Positions 46,089-54,822 of a stretch of DNA of 64,000 bases are shown here, one piece after another. The translations under genes were made by a program, and so were the position numbers. Source of the DNA: an uncultured Candidatus Saccharibacteria bacterium (lineage in GTDB: Bacteria; Patescibacteriota; Saccharimonadia; Saccharimonadales; Saccharimonadaceae); assembly GCA_964557405.1 (NCBI GenBank), contig CAZLAC010000002.1, forward strand, positions 9,149 through 73,148, in the 5' to 3' direction. Every line of letters starts with the position of its first letter. The first letter of the stretch is position 1. The notes below the pieces were generated by a model. The model saw only the letters and a program-made list of their open reading frames with translations, had not been told where the DNA came from and searched no databases.

Positions 46089-47105
46089 ATGAAGAAAATA
46101 GACTCTAGCATTTCGGCTATCCGGCTAATTGCAATGCTGATGATTATCGTTTGCCATATCCTGCAAGGACTGGATAATAAATGGGCATACTGGGTAAACG
46201 TAGGCGTGCAGATATTTTTCTTTATTTCTGGGTTTCTGTACGGGAAGAAAGAGATTCGGGACGTAAAAGATTTTTATTTGAAACGGTTTAGACGAGTATT
46301 TTTGCCGTATTTAATAGTATGTTTAGTTTGTCTATTTCTGGAACTAGTAGTGCTGAAAAATCATTATCCTGCACCGATGCTGGTGGGCGACGTGTTGGGG
46401 TTTGGCGGGTTTAATGGGCTGGTGCCGATTTTGACGCACACTTGGTTTGTGAGCTATATTCTGTTGTGCTATGTGCTACTACCAGTTTTTCAAAATGTGT
46501 TTAGTGGGAAAAATTTTCGGAAAGATTTAATTAAACTAATAATTCTAGTGGTGTTTATCCAACTTCTGCAGGAATTTTCAGTGATTGGGATTACGGTGGC
46601 GTGGATTAATAATTTCATATTGGGGTATTTCTATAGTAGGTCTTGTAATGGGGGGGGGAGTGGCGCGCGGTTTACCGTGGCAATGTTGCTGCTACTCGCA
46701 GTGACGCTACCGTTTGCGGTGATATATCAGGAGAAATTAAATGTAGCGTTGCCGGAGTTCATGAATTTGCATGCGGAAATGTTTATCCAGTATGCGCACG
46801 TGTTCTTAGGCGCGACACTGTTTATAGCAATGTTCGCAATCTTTAAGAAAAAGCGACTAAAATACAATTTCCTACTGTCGTTCTCTGACAAATATTCGTA
46901 TCATATTTATTTGGTGCATCAGATATTTATTTTGTATTCATTCTCTATGCTACATTTGACGGGGCATTTGTGGGTGAACATTGTACTAATTTTCCTGTGT
47001 GCGACTGCGTCTGGCGTGATATTGAAATTTGTGGCAGATTTTGTGGACAAAAAAATGGTACCGCCGGAGGGACTCGAACCCACGACACCTAGTTCCGAAG
47101 ACTAG
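46089..47105 (+). CDS. Acyltransferase family 3 (OafA-like O-acetyltransferase)
   Basis: IRLIAMLMIIVCH, GVQIFFFISGFL, KRFRRVFLPY, HTWFV, YSYHIYLVH; about 10 TMs. Confidence 0.88.
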   Translation: MKKIDSSISAIRLIAMLMIIVCHILQGLDNKWAYWVNVGVQIFFFISGFLYGKKEIRDVKDFYLKRFRRVFLPYLIVCLVCLFLELVVLKNHYPAPMLVGDVLGFGGFNGLVPILTHTWFVSYILLCYVLLPVFQNVFSGKNFRKDLIKLIILVVFIQLLQEFSVIGITVAWINNFILGYFYSRSCNGGGSGARFTVAMLLLLAVTLPFAVIYQEKLNVALPEFMNLHAEMFIQYAHVFLGATLFIAMFAIFKKKRLKYNFLLSFSDKYSYHIYLVHQIFILYSFSMLHLTGHLWVNIVLIFLCATASGVILKFVADFVDKKMVPPEGLEPTTPSSED

Positions 47106-47132
47106 CGCTCTAATCCACTGAGCTACGGCGGC
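47056..47132 (-). tRNA. tRNA-Arg(TCG)
   Basis: Reverse complement GCCGCCG..CTAGT-CTTCGGA-ACTAG..GGTTCGAGTCC..CGGCGGT-ACCA. Confidence 0.93.
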
Positions 47133-47190
47133 ATATATATTATTGTAGCATATCTGGTCTTTTGTGGACAAAACTGATATAATCATAAGT

Positions 47191-47538
47191 ATGTTAGCGC
47201 TAGGTCTGTTATCTTGGTGGTACTCGCAGGGGTGGGGGATTTTTGTCTCTGGTTGGCGTGATAGGCTAAAAGGGACTGCGGATTTCTTCTCTATTGGGTC
47301 GCTGGCACGGACGTTGTTTGCGCCGTTCAGGCAGATTTCAGCGCATGCAGGGTTTTTGGACCGGCTGATTTCACGATTGGTTGGAGCGGCAACGCGATTT
47401 CTAATTATGATTTTTGGGATAATTGTGATTGTACTGGAAACGATTCTGGGGCTAATTGCAATATTGGTTTGGCCGCTAGTACCGCTGGTTCCAATGGCGT
47501 GCATAGTTTTAACTGTAGTAGGAGTGGGAAATGTTTAA
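47191..47538 (+). CDS. Hypothetical membrane protein
   Basis: WWYSQGW, FFSIGSLARTLFAPFRQ, SRLVGAATR, hydrophobic C-terminus; overlaps the start of the next gene; TGATATAAT-7-ATG. Confidence 0.75.
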   Translation: MLALGLLSWWYSQGWGIFVSGWRDRLKGTADFFSIGSLARTLFAPFRQISAHAGFLDRLISRLVGAATRFLIMIFGIIVIVLETILGLIAILVWPLVPLVPMACIVLTVVGVGNV

Positions 47539-49837
47539 TTACAATAGTTTGCGCGCAAAAGAGGCGCGGTTTGGTCGGAAACTCGGGAAAATAATGATTC
47601 TGCTCTGGTTAGTTTTAATCATGGGCGTAGCTGGTTTTATAGCGGTATTGGTTTTGATGCACAGCTCGCTATGCTGGCTATGCTTGATCCCGGCGGTTTT
47701 TATGTTGATGCTGATCGTTTGGCATAAAAAATGGATTATGCAGGTGCCGGTAGGAAAAACTGGGGATTTGAACGATGTTTTATCGGGTGATTGTCTAGGA
47801 TTAATGCCGCGCGACCCAACTCCTAGTAAGATTGCCGAGTTTATTTATAAAACTAGAAGTGGCGGATTTATGGCTTTGCGTTTTGGACTGACGCCAGGAT
47901 TCTTAAGCGAAATTGCAAAATACCTAGGGGCGAACGACACGCCGGTTTTTGAAAAAGCTCTTGAGATTCAGAAAAAGACTGAATCGGAAGAAGTAGACGG
48001 CGCGATATTGGCCGTGGCACTGGTGGAGTGCTTCCCAAATTATGAATACGTGCTGAAACGTATGAAATTAGAGCTTTCCGATTTGTACAGTGGGATAACT
48101 TGGTACAATTATTTGCATGGTTTGGTGCGTGGGATGAAGAAGCGCGGGCGAGACGGCGGAATCGCACGCGATTTTACGTTTGGCTATATTCCGATTCTGC
48201 AGAGATTCGGACAAAACTTGTCGGCGCAAGTTTCTGGAAAATTAAAAACACAGATGCATCAGCCATCGCACCAGGAAATCTTAAAGAAAATGATGGAAAC
48301 GCTGGGTGGTGGGGGGCGAAAAAACATCGCGTTGATTGGTCCGGAAGGAAGCGGAAAAACCACAATCGTGAATGCTTTTGCGGAGCGGCTGATGGATGCG
48401 GACGAAAAAGTGCCAAAAGATTTACGTTTTAGACAAGTGTTTATGCTGGATGCGGCACGACTAATTTCTGCGGCGAGCGGTCGCGGAGAAATGGAAAATC
48501 TGATGCGGCAAATTACGGGCGAGGCTTACGCTGCAAAAAATATCATTCTTTGTCTGGACAATGCACAGCTTTTCTTTGAAGAAGGCACCGGGAGTGTAGA
48601 CATTTCCTCAATTCTATTACCGCTACTGGAAGCTGGGCGACTACCGGTGATTTTGACAATGGACGAGCAGTGGTTTCTCAAAATCTCTTCACAGAAAAGT
48701 GCTATTGCCAATGCGCTAAATAAAATTATGGTGCCACCGGCTAGTTATGCAGAGACCATGAAAATCATGCAAGATCAAGTGCCAGTGTTAGAATTCAAAC
48801 ATAAAGTGGTTTATACATATTGGGCTCTCATGGAAGCCTACCGTTTGAGTGAAAGATACATCCATGATTTAACGATGCCCGGGCGAGCGTTGAATTTATT
48901 GGAGGCATCGGCAAGGTTTGCGGAGCAGGGCGGATTCGTACTGGCAGAGAGCGTACAGCGTTGCATTGAAAAGACCGCTGGAGTAAAAGTTTCAGTCGCG
49001 GCAGATACCGACTCGCGTGAAAAGTTACTAAATCTAGAGGAGTTAATCCATAAACGAATGATAGATCAGGAAGAGGCAGTTTCTGCGGTGTCAAACGCTT
49101 TACGGCGAGCAGCAGCTGGAGTACGGAACGAAAACCGGCCGATTGGAACATTCCTGTTTATGGGACCAACTGGCGTTGGGAAAACAGAACTAGCAAAGGC
49201 GCTATCCGAAGTGTATTTTGACGGAGAGAGTCAGATTGTGCGACTAGACATGAATGAATTTGTGTCGTCTAACGATGTAGCACGGCTGATTGCAGACGGA
49301 GCAGATGATGCGATGAGCCTAACGGCACAAGTGATGAAACAGCCGTTTTCCGTGGTGCTACTGGATGAGATTGAAAAAGCAGATGGGGCGGTTTTGACCA
49401 CGCTCCTGCAAATGTTGGACGAAGGAATTTTGCGTGACGTAAAAAATCGCGAAGTGTCTTTCCGCGATACAATTGTGATTTGTACGACGAATGCAAAAGA
49501 TTTGTCTGAATTTAAGCCAGAGTTTGTAAACCGGTTTGATGAGATTTGCCAGTTCCATGCGCTGTCGCAAGAAAACTTGTTGAAAGTAGTGGATTTAATG
49601 ATTGCTGCCGTGAATAAAACTCTGGCACCACAGAAAATTTCCGTGGTGCTGGACGACGCAGCAAAGAAGCTACTGGTGGAGCGCGGCTACGATCCGGAAA
49701 TGGGTGCACGACCAATGCGGAGAATTGTGCAGAAAACTGTGGAAAATATCGTGGCAAAGTCCGTACTAGAAGGCTCCGTAGAGAGTGGATCGGAAGTGAC
49801 GATTACGAAAGATATGATTGAAGACGAGCTGAAATAA
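47531..49837 (+). CDS. Membrane-anchored Clp/Hsp100-like double AAA+ ATPase
   Basis: Two N-terminal TMs; D1 GPEGSGKT with LCLDNAQ; D2 [32 protein letters not shown]. Confidence 0.85.
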   Translation: MFNYNSLRAKEARFGRKLGKIMILLWLVLIMGVAGFIAVLVLMHSSLCWLCLIPAVFMLMLIVWHKKWIMQVPVGKTGDLNDVLSGDCLGLMPRDPTPSKIAEFIYKTRSGGFMALRFGLTPGFLSEIAKYLGANDTPVFEKALEIQKKTESEEVDGAILAVALVECFPNYEYVLKRMKLELSDLYSGITWYNYLHGLVRGMKKRGRDGGIARDFTFGYIPILQRFGQNLSAQVSGKLKTQMHQPSHQEILKKMMETLGGGGRKNIALIGPEGSGKTTIVNAFAERLMDADEKVPKDLRFRQVFMLDAARLISAASGRGEMENLMRQITGEAYAAKNIILCLDNAQLFFEEGTGSVDISSILLPLLEAGRLPVILTMDEQWFLKISSQKSAIANALNKIMVPPASYAETMKIMQDQVPVLEFKHKVVYTYWALMEAYRLSERYIHDLTMPGRALNLLEASARFAEQGGFVLAESVQRCIEKTAGVKVSVAADTDSREKLLNLEELIHKRMIDQEEAVSAVSNALRRAAAGVRNENRPIGTFLFMGPTGVGKTELAKALSEVYFDGESQIVRLDMNEFVSSNDVARLIADGADDAMSLTAQVMKQPFSVVLLDEIEKADGAVLTTLLQMLDEGILRDVKNREVSFRDTIVICTTNAKDLSEFKPEFVNRFDEICQFHALSQENLLKVVDLMIAAVNKTLAPQKISVVLDDAAKKLLVERGYDPEMGARPMRRIVQKTVENIVAKSVLEGSVESGSEVTITKDMIEDELK

Positions 49838-49841
49838 AAAA

Positions 49842-49917
49842 TGGTACGCCCGATAGGAGTCGAACCTACGACACCCAGCTCCGGAAGCTGGTGCTCTATC
49901 CACTGAGCTACGGGCGC
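49842..49917 (-). tRNA. tRNA-Arg(CCG)
   Basis: Reverse complement GCGCCCG..CCAGC-TTCCGGA-GCTGG..GGTTCGACTCC..CGGGCGT-ACCA. Confidence 0.95.
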
Positions 49918-49994
49918 AAATGGGGAGTGCGCTTACAAGTTTACTCGTAAGAGTGCTCCGAATGCGTGGCCGAAGGCGACAGCCTACGGGCGCA
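49908..49994. repeat. 11-bp direct repeat duplicating the tRNA-Arg 5' end around a 65-nt insert
   Basis: CTACGGGCGCA at 49908-49918 and 49984-49994. Confidence 0.7.
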
Positions 49995-50012
49995 CAGTGA
50001 TTTTATTATACA

Positions 50013-50627
50013 CTATTTGCGGATTTCTTGCAAAAATTTGCGGACGTTCTGATTGGTAGGGCTAATTCCCTGCTGTTTAAGTTTCTTGCCGTACTTGCGA
50101 CCAAAGGCGGATTCTTCTTCTGAGAAAATACAGCCGCAGTATTTCTGCATGTATAGACCAACCTCGCGAGCTTCGTCCTGGCCTTCGCGCCAGCCCTCTC
50201 GAAAATCACGGTACAGAAAGTCAATTTGATATTCTTTTGACAGGGCCTCCATAAGGTCCTTTATAATATCGTGCTGCTGATAAATACTATATAGTAACGT
50301 AGTAGAAACAGTGTCGTAGTTGTGCTGTTTAGCATATTCAAAAACTTGTCGGAGACGTTTAGGGTAGCAATAATTTTGGCAGCGATTTAATAAATCTTTG
50401 CTGACTGCACAGACAAATTCATCCAGACCGTAATCATCCTTGATGATTAGTTCAACTTCTTTTAGTTTGGCATACTCTTTGAGGCAGTCGCGACGAGCTT
50501 TGTATTCCGAATACGGATGGATATTGGGGTTATACCAGAAAAGTGTAGGCTCAATTCCCTCTTTCCTGAGTGATTTAATACAGTAGACGCTACAAGGAGC
50601 GCAACAAGTATGTAGCAACAAATTCAT
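50013..50627 (-). CDS. queH: Epoxyqueuosine reductase QueH (DUF208)
   Basis: LLLHTCCAPCS, YNPNIHPYSEY, RCQNYCY, STTL, YMQKYCGCIFS. Confidence 0.9.
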   Translation of the reverse strand: MNLLLHTCCAPCSVYCIKSLRKEGIEPTLFWYNPNIHPYSEYKARRDCLKEYAKLKEVELIIKDDYGLDEFVCAVSKDLLNRCQNYCYPKRLRQVFEYAKQHNYDTVSTTLLYSIYQQHDIIKDLMEALSKEYQIDFLYRDFREGWREGQDEAREVGLYMQKYCGCIFSEEESAFGRKYGKKLKQQGISPTNQNVRKFLQEIRK

Positions 50628-50644
50628 GTAATCATTGTAGCATA

Positions 50645-51250
50645 TTAAGCGATCTTCTTCTGCCAAGATTTCTTATGGCACTTGGGGCAGGTCATTCTAC
50701 GAGTGCGGCCAATGTGAGGCGCGAGATATACAGTTGAATACTTAGGTACGTAGCGATTCCCGCAATGTCTGCACTCGTATTTGCCGGCCTCGGTTTCTAT
50801 TTTGAGACAGAAGCCGACTCCGACAAAGAGCAGGACAAGACCGAGGACAATTAAGGCAATGCGGGTCCAAGTAGACATTTCTGCCGTATAGCTAGCAGTA
50901 AAAATTAGAATGAAGAATGAGATGGTAGCTAGATAACCAATGACGTTTTCATACAGAAAGAATTTTTTATTCATGGTCGTTTCAATTTTAGCAAATTCTT
51001 TGAGATTTTCTTCGGCGCGTTTTTCGTATTCAGTTTTGTTTAATTCTGTGCCAGATAGAAGTTCGTTATAAGAAATATTGAAAAGCTGGCAGAGTTTAGT
51101 CATATTGTTTGCGTCTGGCAAGCAGATGCCACGTTCCCATTTGGAGACGGAACGATTAGAAACATTTAGTTCTTCTGCTATTTTTTCTTGGGTGAAGTTG
51201 TTTTCTTGGCGTTTTTTAGCGATGAATTTACCGATTTTTTGTAGGTCCAT
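50645..51250 (-). CDS. XRE-family HTH regulator with two TMs and C-terminal zinc ribbon
   Basis: FTQEKIAEELNVSNRSVSKWERGICLPD; two hydrophobic helices; CRHC..CPKC. Confidence 0.85.
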   Translation of the reverse strand: MDLQKIGKFIAKKRQENNFTQEKIAEELNVSNRSVSKWERGICLPDANNMTKLCQLFNISYNELLSGTELNKTEYEKRAEENLKEFAKIETTMNKKFFLYENVIGYLATISFFILIFTASYTAEMSTWTRIALIVLGLVLLFVGVGFCLKIETEAGKYECRHCGNRYVPKYSTVYLAPHIGRTRRMTCPKCHKKSWQKKIA

Positions 51251-51337
51251 AATAGTCCTTTGCTTATTTTACTTTATTTTAGCAGTCCGTCACCATGCAG
51301 ACAACAAACTGGAGGTAGAATGTGCTATAATATGGTT

Positions 51338-51859
51338 ATGGAAAGAAACTTAGCGCAAGAAAAAATTGAGAAAATTGATAATTTGGTGGAGGACGCAAAA
51401 GACGCGGCTGATATTGGACATGACACAGAGAACCAATTGAGTAATAATTTAATTAGTGTGACGCTGGCGTTTATTGCGCTAATTACAACGGCGATTAGTA
51501 TTAGTAATGTCCTGTTTAAGATTGATTTTATTCAGAAAATTTTGGTGATGGCGGCGATGGTGCTTTTTATGCTCTCTATTATTGTAGGGCTAACAAATTA
51601 TTTCTTGAATATGAAAGCGCATCAGGAAAGCGCGCGTCTGAGTGGAAGGAAGGTGCGGAGCGTAGAAGCGGCTGACACTAGTTCTGAGGTAGCATCGGTG
51701 CGGCGGTCCGACACGACGACGCGGATAGCTAGAGTGCGGCGGCGCAATAATGTGATGATTATGATTCAGATGCTGCTTTTGATGGTTGGGCTGGTGTGCT
51801 GCGTAATATTTATTGGTGCGATGCTATTTGACGAGCGAAGTGCGGCGCAGAGTGTATAA
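51338..51859 (+). CDS. Hypothetical membrane protein (3 TM)
   Basis: Hydrophobic segments; TGCTATAAT-6-ATG start. Confidence 0.7.
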   Translation: MERNLAQEKIEKIDNLVEDAKDAADIGHDTENQLSNNLISVTLAFIALITTAISISNVLFKIDFIQKILVMAAMVLFMLSIIVGLTNYFLNMKAHQESARLSGRKVRSVEAADTSSEVASVRRSDTTTRIARVRRRNNVMIMIQMLLLMVGLVCCVIFIGAMLFDERSAAQSV

Positions 51860-51866
51860 TAGAAGT

Positions 51867-52202
51867 ATGGGAACTTCTATGATGAATTTACAACCGCGGT
51901 ATTTTGATTACATGAAAAATGGGACAAAGCGGATTGAGCTGAGGTTGTTTGACGAGAAACGGCGGCGAATAAAGATTGGTGATGTAATTGAATTTACGAG
52001 CGAGGGTGACACGCTTAGAATGAAAGTAGTAGGGCTGCTGAGATACGAAACTTTTCGCGAGCTGGTGCGGGATTTTGATATTACGATTTTAGCTGATAAA
52101 TCCATGACGAAAGAGGAGCTACTAATGACGCTGGATGAGTTTTATCCAGCTGAGAAGCAAGCGAAGTTTGGGGTGGTAGGGATTAGAGTGGAGCTGGAGT
52201 AG
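51867..52202 (+). CDS. ASCH/PUA-like domain protein
   Basis: YFDYMKNGTKRIELRLFDEKRRRIKIGDVIEF..GVVGIRV. Confidence 0.85.
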   Translation: MGTSMMNLQPRYFDYMKNGTKRIELRLFDEKRRRIKIGDVIEFTSEGDTLRMKVVGLLRYETFRELVRDFDITILADKSMTKEELLMTLDEFYPAEKQAKFGVVGIRVELE

Positions 52203-52244
52203 GGGTGTACAAATTTAGGCCGAGTAATCTGGGCTGGAAAAGCT

Positions 52245-52568
52245 ATGAGTGAGTTTAGGGAAAAAGTCTATGCAGCGGTGCGGGCAATTCCGGCTGGAAA
52301 GGTAGCAAGTTACGGGATGGTGGCGGAGATGGTTGGGCGTCCGGGCGCAGCGCGAGCAGTTGGTACGGCGCTGCATTTCAATCCGTACGAGTGGGGTGAC
52401 AAGAGTATTTCGAAGGAGCTGTGGGTTCCCTGTCACCGGGTGGTCGCGAAGGATGGTTCCCTGGCGAAGGATTTTGCGTTTGGCGGGGCGGAGGAGCAGA
52501 AGATGAGGCTGATGGAGGAGGGGGTGGAGGTTGAGGGGGAGAGGGTTTTGGGAGTTGGGTTCCTATGA
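52245..52568 (+). CDS. Methylated-DNA-protein-cysteine methyltransferase (single domain)
   Basis: IPAGKVASYG, AARAVG, VPCHRVV active site. Confidence 0.9.
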   Translation: MSEFREKVYAAVRAIPAGKVASYGMVAEMVGRPGAARAVGTALHFNPYEWGDKSISKELWVPCHRVVAKDGSLAKDFAFGGAEEQKMRLMEEGVEVEGERVLGVGFL

Positions 52569-52717
52569 CGGTGGGGCGAGAAGACTGATATTGCCCTTGG
52601 CGAGCATTCTAATGTGCGGCCCCAGTTGCGGTGAGCGTGTTTTTTGTGCAATTGGACGGCAAAGGTGACAATCGGTGCTATAATTTATAATATTATCTGA
52701 ATACATGGAAAGTGTAC

Positions 52718-52746
52718 TTGACAAAAAATTCGCCATCAACTACAAT
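52718..52746 (+). promoter_or_regulatory. Promoter of the R-M operon TTGACA-17-TACAAT (leaderless)
   Basis: Motif match; ATG 52753 lies 6 nt downstream. Confidence 0.75.
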
Positions 52747-52752
52747 GGGCTT

Positions 52753-53316
52753 ATGAACAGGCTACAAAACATTTCAGAAATTCGCACTGGATACAATTTC
52801 CGTAGTATTGCAAATGCGGAACTCCAAACCGTCTATCTTGTTTCCGCTAAGGATTTGCCAACCGACTTTACAAATATAAACAAAGTAAATATCCCAAGTT
52901 CATACAAGCACTACTTAAGAAGTGGGGATATCTTAGTTAAATCACGCGGTACAAACTATGAAGCAAGGGTCTTCAGAGATCCAAATCATAATCATCCTTA
53001 CGTCGCTGCAAGCACCATAATCATAGTCCGGCTCATCGCACGCAATTATAAGCCATCTTATGTTGCGCAGCTCATCAACTCAGACGGCGCCCAGCAGTTT
53101 CTCCGGTCGCTTTCCTCTGGTCAAACCGTACCAATCCTCTCCCCATCTTCACTTGGTTTACTCAACTGCCCCCAAGCTCCGCTGGAAAAACAGGATCAAC
53201 TCGAAATTATTACTAAGACAATAGGTGAATATCAAATTACGCTAGTGAGGTATGCTGAAGCCGGGGAGAAATTAACCAAAGCCCTAAAAACCCAACTCAT
53301 GAAAGGAGTAGAATAA
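52753..53316 (+). CDS. Half-size (single TRD) HsdS-like protein
   Basis: LQNISEIRTG, LRSGDILVKSRG, PSYVAQLINS, SSGQTVP, PLEKQ pattern of one specificity domain plus helix; TAATG-coupled to hsdM. Confidence 0.7.
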   Translation: MNRLQNISEIRTGYNFRSIANAELQTVYLVSAKDLPTDFTNINKVNIPSSYKHYLRSGDILVKSRGTNYEARVFRDPNHNHPYVAASTIIIVRLIARNYKPSYVAQLINSDGAQQFLRSLSSGQTVPILSPSSLGLLNCPQAPLEKQDQLEIITKTIGEYQITLVRYAEAGEKLTKALKTQLMKGVE

Positions 53317-54821
53317 TGGCATTATCGCAAGATCAGCTAAACCAAACTCTGTGGGCAGCCGCCGACAGTTCACGCGTCCAAGTAGACGCGTCAATCTACA
53401 AGGACTACGCTTTAGCCGTATTATTCTTTAAATACATAAGTGACAAAGCAAAGGCTGAGGTCTCCAAATTAAAAGAACGCTTCGGGAGCGACAAAAAGCG
53501 TATTGACGGAAAAATGAAACTCTCGCGTTTTTATCTCCCAGAAGGAGCTCGCTTTGAAGACGTTTATGCTCAAAAAGAAGAGGATAATATCGGTGAAATT
53601 CTCAATAAGGCCCTTCATGCTATAGAGGACCAAAATGACAAAAAACTTCGTGGTATATTCGGCGCCCTCGATTTTAACTCTGAGGCCGTCCTTGGTAAAC
53701 TTGAAGCCCGCAACCGTATGGTTCGCAACCTCCTTAACGATTTCAATAAAATTGAACTGGGCGATACAGACGAAGACGTCATTGGCAGCGCCTACATGTA
53801 TCTAATTGAACGCTTTGGCGCTGATGCCGGTAAAAAAGCAGGAGAATTTTTCACCAAAACTCAAGTAGCCGAACTCGTCGCTCGTCTCGCTCGCCCTCGC
53901 CCAGGCGACCGCATCTGCGACCCCACGGTAGGAAGTGGTGGGCTTTTACTCCTAGCTGGCAAGGAAGTTCAAAAACAAGGTTCCAATAACTTCGCGCTTT
54001 ACGGTCAAGAGTCTAAGGGCTCAACTTATCAACTCTGCCGGATGAATATGTACCTCCACGGTATGGATTCCGCGCAAATCGAATGGGGCGACACGCTAAA
54101 CGACCCGCAATTGGTAGAAAATGATTATTTAATGAAATTTGATATTGAAGTTGCAAACCCGCCATTTTCACTTGATAAATGGGGCTACGAAAAGGCTTCA
54201 AACGACAAATATAACCGTTTCTGGCGTGGTATTCCACCAAGAACGAAGGGCGACTACGCATTTATTTCCCATATGGTAGAAACTTTGAAACCAAAGACTG
54301 GCCGTATGGCGGTAGTAGTTCCCCACGGTGTTTTATTCCGTGGTTCTAGCGAAGGAAAAATTCGCGAAAGTTTAATTAAAGAAAATTTGATTGATGCCGT
54401 AATCGGTTTACCGGCTGGGCTATTCCAAACTACTGGCATCCCAGTTGCAGTTTTAGTCATTGACCGCTCTCGCGAAAAAGGCGGTGAGCGCGAGAATGAA
54501 GATAAAATTTTATTTGTTGAGGCATCCAAAGAGTATAAACCAGGTAAGGCCATGAACTCGCTCGAACCAGAAAATGCCGACAAAATCTTCAATACTTTCA
54601 ATGAACGAAAAGAAATTAACAAGTTTAGCTGTCTGGTTCCGATTTCCGAAATCGCTGAGAATGGCTACAATCTAAACATCACACGCTATGTGGACACTTT
54701 TGAACCAGAACCAGAAATCGATATCAAAGCTACACTTAGAGAAATCGCCGAGCTAAAACCTAAACTTGCCGAGCTAGAAAAGAAGATGGAAAAATACCTT
54801 AAAGAACTGGGGATAGAATAA
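53316..54821 (+). CDS. hsdM: Type I R-M methyltransferase subunit (m6A)
   Basis: LWAAAD, GKKAGEFFT, DPTVGSGG, YGQE, ANPPF, VPHGVLFRG, YNLNITRY. Confidence 0.95.
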   Translation: MALSQDQLNQTLWAAADSSRVQVDASIYKDYALAVLFFKYISDKAKAEVSKLKERFGSDKKRIDGKMKLSRFYLPEGARFEDVYAQKEEDNIGEILNKALHAIEDQNDKKLRGIFGALDFNSEAVLGKLEARNRMVRNLLNDFNKIELGDTDEDVIGSAYMYLIERFGADAGKKAGEFFTKTQVAELVARLARPRPGDRICDPTVGSGGLLLLAGKEVQKQGSNNFALYGQESKGSTYQLCRMNMYLHGMDSAQIEWGDTLNDPQLVENDYLMKFDIEVANPPFSLDKWGYEKASNDKYNRFWRGIPPRTKGDYAFISHMVETLKPKTGRMAVVVPHGVLFRGSSEGKIRESLIKENLIDAVIGLPAGLFQTTGIPVAVLVIDRSREKGGERENEDKILFVEASKEYKPGKAMNSLEPENADKIFNTFNERKEINKFSCLVPISEIAENGYNLNITRYVDTFEPEPEIDIKATLREIAELKPKLAELEKKMEKYLKELGIE

Positions 54822-54822
54822 A

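Noticed and set aside
52674-52702. dif site as an annotated feature
   Set aside because: Arm spacing and XerD arm deviate from consensus; equally explained as AT-rich promoter-like sequence. Mentioned only within the skew finding.
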